From Balanoglossus misakiensis (lineage: Eukaryota; Animalia; Hemichordata): a stretch of 64,000 nt of DNA. The stretch lies in the NCBI GenBank assembly GCA_040954595.2, contig CM082587.2, forward strand, positions 7,367,705-7,431,704, read 5' to 3'. The notes beneath the pieces are model-generated. The model was not told where the DNA came from and did no database searches. It saw nothing but the letters and a program-made list of their open reading frames with translations. Below, piece after piece: positions 53,644-64,000 of the stretch. How positions within the stretch are numbered: the stretch's first letter is position 1; every line of letters starts with the position of its first letter. A program made the translations under genes and the position numbers.

Positions 53644-56600
53644 AGATCGCGCATGCACAAACACTGACAACAATAAACGCAGTGCTGTACTTCAATCAGT
53701 GACCCCAATCCTTGACCTCTTACACACATACCATTGACCTACCTTATTCTTAACAACATGTCTAAGCCGAGGCAATTTATTTACTACTACATATATTTAG
53801 CGAATCCAAAACATATACTTTGTGCCTATTTTCTGCAAATTTTGGTCTGGAAAAAATGTTAGATGCGTATTCTTTACAATTGATATGCTGTCAGTCCGAC
53901 TCCACAGACACGATCAGCATCATGATGAAGAGACAAAATGCTCATAGTCATACATAACAAATCGATATGATGCAAATTACTGTATGTCAAAGGTTTTGGC
54001 ACAGGGAAGGTATTTATAGGTACATGTACCATTTCATTTTGTCAAGAGTCATTCCACATTAATTACATATATAAACATTATTGATTGATTTTTAAAATGC
54101 ACTGTTTCAATGTTTGAAATAGAAAATGGATTCGATGACTTTGCAGACGTCACTGTGTATGAAAAGGAACACTGTTTCTAACAGGTGTCAAAGGTTACAA
54201 GTGGTAAACTTGTGCAAAGTCTACAATGAAGCCATCGGTATTAGGCGGTTTCTTGTGTTATCTGACCTCACGATGCTTTACTGCTTATTTCTCTGTCCCT
54301 GCATATTACACCATGTGACAATTTTATAAATGAAAATTACAACGAGTTTCAAAATGAGTGCATCCTGGAATCAGGGATATTGGGTACTTGTGTGGCTTCA
54401 CAGGTAAGCATCATGATCACGTGGCAAAGCTTATTTAGGATTTTGACTCGTGATCATACCATACAGTACAAATGTATAGGCCTATACCAAAGAGATGATG
54501 TTTATTCGGCCCACCCTCTCCTAGTGGTTATAGAGACTGTGCAGTCCAATGACTGACCCTTGCCGCTACCGCAAATGGTATGGTACGGGGACCGCGGGCA
54601 AAACACCAACCCCCGTAATTTGATCAGGCTCAGCGTCTTGCCGACTTCCCCTTCCCCGCATGCGTGATTAATTGCTGCCGAGACCCCAGCGTGCATTGCG
54701 ACGGACCAGCCAAACGGAGACAGAAGCAGGTCGTAGTGAGTTATGACTTTTGAACTTACCCCGCATTTATCTTGTCCGGTTGCCCCAAATGTTTGCTATA
54801 AAATAAACAGTAAGAGACACGTTTGTCTTGAATGTTCTTCTGTAAACAGACATAGTAGCTGTAAACGAATGAAAATGAGGACACCGTGCACTGAACTATT
54901 ATAGGCTGACAAATTTGACGTGGGGGCCTGGATGACTCTTGACACAAGACATTGGCCATCGAATCTTAAAGACTGTTCTAGTTCTAATTAAATAATTCAG
55001 AGCCAGAGTGTTTTTTCCAGTGCATTGCGATACAAATAAGGACTGGTGTCTTTAGATTTCCCTTTTTTATTGGCAGGTCGGAAATATGTCCAACTATGAT
55101 ATTCAAAATGGCCGGCGTATTATTCCTGACTGTTTTAAATCAGTCGAAGAGATTTAATTACTTTTAGTCAAGGAATGCACCAAGTGGTAAATTTTCCTGT
55201 AGAAAGGAAAATCCCTCAGGACCTTTTCTTAAAATACAGTCTGTAAGGCGCACATCCAAATATTGAAATGTTCTTTTTTTCTTAAAATGGCCACGTGGTA
55301 TATATAATCGATGTCAAGAGTCGTGTCAGCTTGACAGGCAAAAAAAAAACATTCCTCGCATGAGTTCTGCATGTTTACAAGTTCTTGTCAAGTGGGAAGA
55401 TTCATGACCAGTGTATAAGAGAAGGGTGTCTCTGCGACGCTTGGGGACTTGGCAGGGATTCCGGCACGTTCAAAGCAACGGGATCTTCGACCCCCTGAAA
55501 TGCCCACCCATCACCACGCGGCACTCGCTGAGAAGTTAGCGGCGAGCCGGGGCACGACCGCGCTGTCGCGGACTCGGGCAGCTAGTTCTCCTCAGTTTGC
55601 AAGAAGTGCTACGTTTTTTAGAAGATCGGGGATAGGCTGCCCCGGCGCGGTAAGTGAACTTGGTGCAGGGACTGGCTTTCAACAAGACCTGAGGAATCCT
55701 AGTGGCGTCAATATACATGTATATGGAAGGCAGGGGCTGAACTTCTAACTTGATCAGAAAGAGTTGTCAGGATACACATATGGGATGTCTTCACAAGGAG
55801 CGTTCTGGGATCGGCTTGGCACGTCGGCTATCTGTATCTACTGCCCAGGCCACCAGCGCACATTCACTTTACAGTGTCTAAAACGACCCCTTTCGTAGAG
55901 TAGTCTTGCCAAATCAAACACATCACTCTCGACTCGATTTCTCCTGTGACTCCCGCACCGAAGATGACCAAGAACTTGAAGGGACTGTTATAGGATTGTA
56001 TCGGTAAGCTCATCATTGTCATTTCATATAGACTCGACGTAGCACCATGCTTGAACTTGTACCAACCGGCAGTAACGTATAATTTGGGGTTCCCAACGGC
56101 AGCTATACCCTGTGCCATGTTCTAAAGCACTACTTATCAAGTGTTTTTCAGTTGTTGTCTTCCCACACTGCTCTGTCACCACGTAATCTGTTCCGTTGCC
56201 ACGTCATTAAAACCTTAACAATCCGAGAGGATATTTTTTTAAACTTTAATCATCATTTTCAGAACATCTTTGATAGAGCCATCGTGGCTTTTTCCCTGAC
56301 TTTTCATGTGTTCAAAATTCCTGTGACTTGCAAACAACGGACACGTCGGCAAAATAGCCATATATACTTATGTCTCAACAGTGACGAGCAAATCTCCATA
56401 AAAACGACCTCTTTTCAATGTCCGTGAACTTCCTAAACTTTATTTTATCCGTGGGCTTTGCCTACCGACTGCACAGTGACTCCAATACATGTATAACACT
56501 CGTGCTTGTAAAATAAACTTTACCTGTAGGTATTAAAACACCACCATTTTTATTCCTTTGACAGGAACGGAGGATGCGGCACAAACCTCGTGAATTTGCG

Positions 56601-58008
56601 GCGTTGTCGAGGCCCGTGCTAGGACATACCGACGTCATCGGAAAGATGAACTGGGACTAGTCCACGGAGGCCGTAAATACTGAGCAGTACGGCCGCAATA
56701 CCACCAAGCACCGGTGTGTGGGATATTTTACACCGATGCAAGGTGGGATGTCGGCATTATTGCATGTACAGCACAAGTGGCAGCCGTACCCCAGTGCAGG
56801 TCTTCCGTCCCTCTCTGGAAGTGTTTTGAATGCAGCCTAAATAGAGTGGAATTCACAATCGCAGTGAACTTGACATTGAAGGGCCGGGTCACTGCACTTT
56901 CGTTTTCGTGCTTTCACTTGGTGACTTGCTTGATTCGCTCGAGGAACACGCGATCTCCCGAGTAATCATGGTCATAGTGAATATTGGTACACGCATGCGT
57001 GAATATATGATTTATCGATACTTTTCGACGCGCGACAAGACATGATGCGCCCCCTAACTGAAGTAAAACTATAGCTACCCGAAGCTACATCACGTCTTTC
57101 CGTGTAAAGATAAACCCACAGTCGCGTACGTAAATTCACAGAATGAACTTTGACGTTTTGCCAATATTTATACACCGAAAATGTCATGTTGGACTTCGTG
57201 TAAATTTACAAAAACAAACAGAAGGCTGTTAATAGACACTGCCGATGATAAAATTAGTTCTGACTGCATCTCAAATGAAAGCTGATGAAACACACATAAG
57301 ATGCTCTGGTATCGGGGTAAAGAGATTTGAAACTGAAGGCCTTCGCTTGAGGGCGCTGTTGACTTCAAGACAAACCCGAGACCCTACTGAAACACATGTT
57401 ATTCTCAAAACAGAAATGTTTCATATTTTCTATTCCGATTCCCACTTGTGTTCTCCACTCCCGTTATATTAATGAAATTGCGCTGTATTTTTGTTTTCGC
57501 TGATTTTATTATATTGAAGATCATTCAGAGTACCGTACCTTCTGTCACGGTGTGCGATCGATGCGTTGGTGGTATAAAAGTTGCTTTTAAATTACCGGTA
57601 GGACAAGACTTGCTTCTTCTTCGAACTCAGTTAATTCCTTCACTATAAAAAAGTTTATGGTGGCATTCTGGAAACATAATGAAGGGTAATGAAATGCGCA
57701 AATAAAATGGCACTGTTCTCGACTGCGCTGTAGTTAAGAATAGTCCCACCTGCCGTAGCAACGATCGATTGGCAGTTATCTTGACATGATGGCAGCATAT
57801 CAAAAAAGAAATAAACTGACAATGAGTGGTATTATTACTCAGCAGAATTACCTGTGTCATTGACATTGACACTCTTCGACGGTTGCCCAGAGTAACCGTC
57901 CCGTGCGATCCACTTGGGCCGCCTTGGCCAAGGTCAACTTGGCACAACTTACTGTGGTTTGCAATCGAACTATCAAATATTCATCCATAAAATTAGTTTC
58001 ATTGCCAT

Positions 58009-58700
58009 TGTTACGAACCAAAAACTCGCAACGCAAACACCCAGACAGCAACAACAATGATACACAGTACACCCAAAGTTATGTTTCACTGCGAATCTAT
58101 TTGTCACAGGAAGAAAAATAATATCATAGTACAAGCACTGAAACTTAAATGTTACTAGGGTTCTTACTGAAATATTGTAATGTCCTCAAGAAACTTGTAT
58201 CAGTTCCGTGGTAATATTACACACGTGGTGAGCGGACGCGATAATTCAGTGTTCCGTGAGTTCTCCGCACCGACCCGACGATGGTTCACGCTGGCGTGCT
58301 GCTTTCTCACACAGTTCTTTCCTGAAGTCCTCTCAGAAGAAAGTAACAGGTTCACTTCACTCACGGTTGCTGGCGTAGACATGCATTTTAAGTCCGAGAG
58401 AAACGCTGAATTCAAACCAACAGGACATACCGACGTGCTGAACTTCAACACCGAGCTCCCACGTGGATTACAAGATTCCAGTCCCCGTCGCTCATGGCCG
58501 AGTACAACTTGTCTGTTTTCTGGTCGGCTCACGCCACTTGACTGACGTTGCAGAGAGTCAAAAATCAAAAACCCTTACGTAATATTCAAAATACCCAGGT
58601 GTACAGCTACTACAGCTAATGCTATGTTAATGACGTACACCCTTATTGTTCATCCACCACTGATATTTAAATTATATGCATTCGTAGTACAATCGTAACA
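58009..58700. mobile_element. Solo-LTR-like element (692 bp), second copy, perfect 4-bp TSD CCAT
   Basis: CCAT|TGTTACGAA...TCGTAACA|CCAT; near-identical to 44745-45428. Confidence 0.85.
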
Positions 58701-58928
58701 CCATTTCTTTTTAGCACATCGCTTCAATTTCTGCCTCGATGTGTAAATTTAAATCAAACATGAAAAAACAGCTAAATTGATTTGGGCCTTGCTACTATAA
58801 GACTTATTTGGTTCATCGACCGTACGTCGAAACAATTGTTGGACTGAAATTCAAATGTTCAAACCCGAATACTGTCTAATCTATATGCATGACGAGGATA
58901 TCTTTCGGATTTGTCATTGGCGACGTTG

Positions 58929-58963
<35 letters not shown>

Positions 58964-59046
58964 TTTGGTTTGAGATGGTTGTTACTATGGCGAGGTCTAC
59001 GGCCAGACTATTTATTTATTTATTTACTTATTTATTTATAATTTAT
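58929..59046. repeat. (ATTT)n microsatellite tracts
   Basis: Two visible tracts. Confidence 0.85.
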
Positions 59047-60222
59047 CTGATGGCCACTCACAAACAAGAATAGGGAGATTGTCCAGTCTGTTCGTTACCC
59101 CTTTTCTCTGGACAATGACTAAACAAAACATATAAGTATAGAAGATCACAACTGTAAGCTTGGAAATCGTCAGAACATTAATAAATTAAACAAAAAGGGA
59201 CACCAAACTATGTTTGAGGTAGCTCCGTGTTAAAACCTCAACGGTGGCTATTTTAAGCATGGCCTCATGACTGAACACGATGTCCATTCGAGCCAAAATA
59301 AACATTGACATTCTGGCTACATCTTAAATATCGGTAAATAAATTCTAGTGTTCTGCAAACACTATAGTCCCTGCGCAGTGGTTGTAGTGGTTTTCGGCGG
59401 AACAAAAAACACTGAGCTGACAATTGTAACTGACAGACGCGATCAAAGCACTCTTATATGTTTATTTACATGTGCGTATCATTGACGTAAGAAAGAAATT
59501 AAGCGTCGTCTCATGATGTCGCGCCTTCTCTGAATGACAGGATGGTCACCTTTGCATTATATTGTGAAATTGTCGTATTAAAAACCGTTGGGTTCGTCCC
59601 TTTGTTAGAGTTGTAACCTGTCGTCAAATGGGAAGGTGTTTCGCTTGACCAGATCCCCTCTTGCCGTGAACAACGCAAACAGCTGCCACAGAATAACACC
59701 TGATATGCTAGCAACAGTATCGTTGTGTTCGGCTTTGTGACTCTCTTTTTTTTCGCAACAAAACCCGCCGCTCGAGTTCGACACGGCCGTGCCACCATAC
59801 TTTCGAACCATTGGCGTCGCCTTGACAACTCGGGTCAAAAGGCTGTGTAGAGCAGACGGGCTTCTACGGTGGTGTACACTTCGTCAACTTTGGACTTTAT
59901 TATCGATGTGGTCGTGCAACGCGAAGTCACGCCGTGGATATAGCCTGCCGAGAATATTCGAAACGTCGTCGACAGTCATTGTAAACGTTAGAGGGTGTTT
60001 CAGCGTTGCCGGGGGCTATTGTTGTGGAATGCAAATGATTCAATTCTTCGCCGGAGACAATAGAGTACAAAACCACTCGGGCAAAAATCGTTACACGCTG
60101 AGTAACCAGGGCCAATTTGGAGCGTTTAAGTGGTGTCGTTTAATATCAGAGCTGAGGTCCGCTTTTCAAGAGACTCGACAATATTGGACCGCGCCGTTCG
60201 CGGATAGGTTGGCGGGTTCTGA

Positions 60223-61286
60223 GTGGCGGACCCGTTGTGTTTGTTTCCAAAAAACAACCCAGGTTTGACGTTGCCCCCATGGTGTGTTGACGCCGCGTCG
60301 ATCGCGCAGTTCTGTTCTCTGGCGCGCTCGCGTCCCTGTGATGTGTGCACTCGCCGTGCTTGTCGCAGATACATGGATGGAGGGCAGCAAGAGGGGATCC
60401 CGAGGGCCAGGGAGATGGGACAGCAGACCTGCCACGTCCTCCAGAACGGCGAGGTCCACCGCCAGCGCCTGCTGCTGGCCTTCGAGAACCTGAAGCCGCC
60501 CGACGACCCGTCCAAGTGCTGGAACGAGATCTGCGGCTGGCTGCCGAACACCAAAGTGCAATATCGGAAACCCGAGAAAAGCAAGCAGAATAATAACTCC
60601 GGCCACCGGCCAATCTCAGGGAAAAAACTACGCCAGAGCAATCCGAGGGAACACTTTCAATTCATTCACTACAGCGACCCTCGGAAGTACATCGAGCAAT
60701 ACAGGAGACTGCACACCTGCGGCGGACCCCTGGAGAAACTCACGCAGCGCTACAGCCACGGTGGCAGGGAGACGGAAATATACTACGTGCCATTTGACCA
60801 CCACCACCCCACCAGTACAACCGTGAACGCCAGTGGCAAGTCCCAGTCGGGGCAGTGCCCGAAGTGCGCCAGACTTGAACCGCCCACACTGCAGAGCAAG
60901 TTCCCCAACTACTACCTGCCGTACTCGCCCAGGGAGACGAACATCACCTTCGAGATACAGACGCGGCCGTCGGTGTCGCAGTACAAGGCCGTGTACAACA
61001 CGAACACCGGCATCACCTACGATGTGCCCAGCGACCACGCGTCCCAGTCGACGCAAAACGGCAGCAGCGGCAGCACGAGCCGGGAGAGCTCGGCCGAAAC
61101 GCCGGAGAAGTACAGTTTCCACAACGGGCCCGTGGTGGCCCTGCCGAAGCCGCGACTCTACGTGGCCACGTCCGGCACCACTGCCACGACGAACAGTAGC
61201 AACGCGACGTCGCTGTCCAACAGCCGCTCAACAAGTCGGCAATCGCCGCCATCACAGAATGGGTTTTCTATTGACAGGAGTCTCGG
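60223..61286 (+). CDS. Large coding exon of an unrecognised gene (Ser/Thr-rich C-terminal part); start uncertain, ends at donor G|GTAAGT
   Basis: 355-codon ORF with strong GC3 bias against an AT-rich background; the apparent stop lies inside a canonical donor at 61287. No downstream exon identified. Confidence 0.65.
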
Positions 61287-64000
61287 GTAAGTCATACATG
61301 TACATGTCTATAAACCCGACTCAACAAGTATTTCAAAAGTGTATATTTCACGCTTTAATTGAGTGGCGCGGTTAAGCCTTACCCGTTTTATCTCTGTCAT
61401 AACACGAAATGAACTCTAACCCGGGCCATGAAAAAAATAACGTCAACCTGTGCAGTGTAAAGAGAGTTAAAATCACAATCACAGGGCGCGGCTGTATTAC
61501 GAGCAGTTGTGGCTCTAATATAACAGCAGCCGGATAAAGGTCTCTTTTGAAAAGACCCGAAGAATTAACTCCATGCGAATGTAACGTGGTACTTTATGAA
61601 CTATTTCAACGCCAAAGCCCATTGATCGGAATGGCAACAACACTCGACGTATACCTTGAAACCTAATCTCTGGGCAAATGGCCAGAAGGCTTCTTCCGCT
61701 TGATGGCCGCGAAGGTCTCGATATCGCATTCCATTTATTTTATTCAGTGTATTAAGTTTGATATAGACTATACGCGAAGGTCGACAGTCGCGTAGCTGTG
61801 TGCATGGTAGCTTCCCGTTCAAGTTTCTGTCAACCTGGTTTAGTCAGAAGTCTCCTAGAAGTCTCCGTGACTTTAAAAAAATACAACCATACTTGATCCA
61901 GTGCAGTCACCTTGCTGTGGTTATTCACACACCGTAGCCAACTCGCGTTGAGGATTTTTTAAAATACAAAATCCGCTTTGTAAGACAAATTTTTGAACGA
62001 CTGAACAAGAAAAAACACGGTTCTTTAAGTAGCTGCGGAGGGTTAATTGGATTTGGCGTTGAATACAGATTGCTTATCAAAGAACACACAAAAGCGGTGT
62101 CATTCATATGTTCCGTTCTGGTGTGCTGCAATTTTTTGTACGAGACCTCGCATCCCACCACGACGCTGACAACCGTGAATTGGCCATTCTTGCGGGAGGG
62201 TATACCCTTATATACCTTTCAGTCGGATTTGTTATTTGGTATCCGGAGAAGAAAGGGCCTCAGGTTTTAAAGCAACCCAGGACGAAAATCCGGCTACTGT
62301 TCCGTAATGTCAGCCTAATTATGTTTGTTTGCGTGTTGTTGTTGCACGCAGCGAATTTAAAGTGTCCATTTGTTCATAAGTAAACCGCAGTACACGCGCT
62401 TACACTATACCGTTTAATTAACTGTAATGCCGTTTAGAGCAGGGTCGGACTGGGCATTAAAATAGCCCAAGCAACTCGGCGATGTTATGGACATTCCCTG
62501 TCCTTCCGAACGTTTCAATTTCAAAATACCTGAAGCACCGAGAACTCTGATATCCAGGGTGTACATGTATTGTGTGCGCGCGACCGAACCCATTTATGTG
62601 TGATCGCAAACGTATGCAATCGATATACCGCTACGACGCAGAGATATTACGACCTTAAGACAATCAGACCCTCACCCTTTGAAGTTCATAAACCGACTTA
62701 AATTACAAGAATGTTTTTTTTTCTATAAATTCCGGAGCTGGTTATGTGACCGCCGTGAACACTGTCTGGGTGTTTGTTGTGATTTGTGGCGATCTACTCC
62801 ACAAAATATTGACTTTGGGTATTGACATGCTGTTAAATAATGCATAAACTATACACAGAAGTCCAACAATACTTTTAAATTCTCCAGCTTGACAAAGAAA
62901 AAAACGTGTCGGATTCACGGCTTGAAACTGACGAGTCTGCTGCAGGCGAATGCCTGTGTTGCACCGCTACAAATATCCCGATCGTACCAACCAGAGCAGT
63001 TGTGTTGTCCCACAATTCTGCGTTGGACTTATTTGCATGTATTGCGCGCTGGGAGCGTAACAACTCCGGCGAAACTCCGTTGATTGTCTAACAATGGCCC
63101 AAACATATCGACTTCGAGTATAATGTCGCATGATGTAACCACGCAAGCGACTTACCACTTAAAATATATGTCGCTCCCACCGATCGATACAACCCCTCGG
63201 GGATTTCGAAAATAAAGGTACATGGCTTCAAATGTGGCCCTGCCAATCGACCTTTCCTTTCAAGCAAGTTCGAGCCTACTTCGTTTCGCTGCTTATGTTT
63301 TGACGAAATTCGGGGCATCTGTGATGCAACGCGTGAAATGATATGGTCCGGCCGAGTAATTGACACAGAGACAATCGGGAACGATTCCAAGTTAAATATC
63401 AGAAACCGTTAGAATATAGAGTCGTAAGTTCTATAAATACGACTACAGGTAACGCAGTACGTTAGAACATAAATGCGAAATAAAAAATCATGAACGATGT
63501 TTTTATCCTCTATTAGAGATGTGAACGCACCTGTAGGTATTCTTATTTCACACCGATTCTTATAGAGAGCTAAGAATAGCCACAAACCATGCAACTACAA
63601 ACACCGGTACTGTAAATTGTAAATCTCACCGACATACAATACACATCACTTGCAGGTCGATGGAGTAAACAACCGATGCAGGGCTTCCCATAAAATCTTT
63701 TTTGCTTTCTCCTGTTTTCATAGTCCGTTTCACAATTTATTTTACTCAGTAATCGATCACCATCACTAGGTAGACAATAAAAGAGTGATAACTTTGACGG
63801 TAAATGACTGAAACCGTTCACTCGAACACCTCGGGTAACTGAAAACAACAACTTGTACTGATAAATTCTGACGATGGATCTGTAAGTTTGGCATTTAAGT
63901 TAACAGTGGGATCCAAATGATCACATTGATTTCGTCCATCCAATGGCGAAGCTGTAAAATAACGAGAAAGGCGGCACTAAATGATCCCGAACATAGGACT

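Noticed and set aside
54500-57400. Short ORFs in a moderately GC-rich stretch
   Set aside because: No recognisable protein, splice pattern or element termini that I can support.
44745-58700. One 14-kb LTR retrotransposon that captured the MGST genes
   Set aside because: Each repeat has its own TSD and no gag/pol lies between them.
60126-61375. Overlapping antisense and alternative-frame ORFs
   Set aside because: Shadows of the GC-rich coding exon.

Overview
Eukaryotic (intron-containing, AT-rich, most likely marine invertebrate; inference) genomic DNA at the edge of a satellite array. 1-15647: 88-bp satellite (about 158 monomers in one orientation, an orientation switch at about 13900, then about 20 more diverged inverted monomers). 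15843-17581 (-): first four exons (237 aa) of a group II PLP-dependent decarboxylase that looks bacterial-type yet carries GT-AG introns, and runs into the satellite before its catalytic half. 20320-46469 (+): a tandem array of nine paralogous genes for a roughly 185-195-aa secreted, 8-cysteine protein that I cannot assign to a known family; all share the same three coding exons and a conserved upstream non-coding exon donor. 47515-53643 (-): three tandem MGST1-like (MAPEG) genes. 60223-61286 (+): a large exon of an unrecognised gene. Also present: two solo-LTR-like copies (TG...CA, 4-bp TSD), three tiny TAGAC...GTCTA elements with 9-bp TSDs, a 34-bp minisatellite and microsatellites. The best candidate for something undescribed is the nine-gene secreted-protein family and its neighbourhood (decarboxylase plus MGST cluster). 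Exon coordinates were read by eye; no database searches were run.
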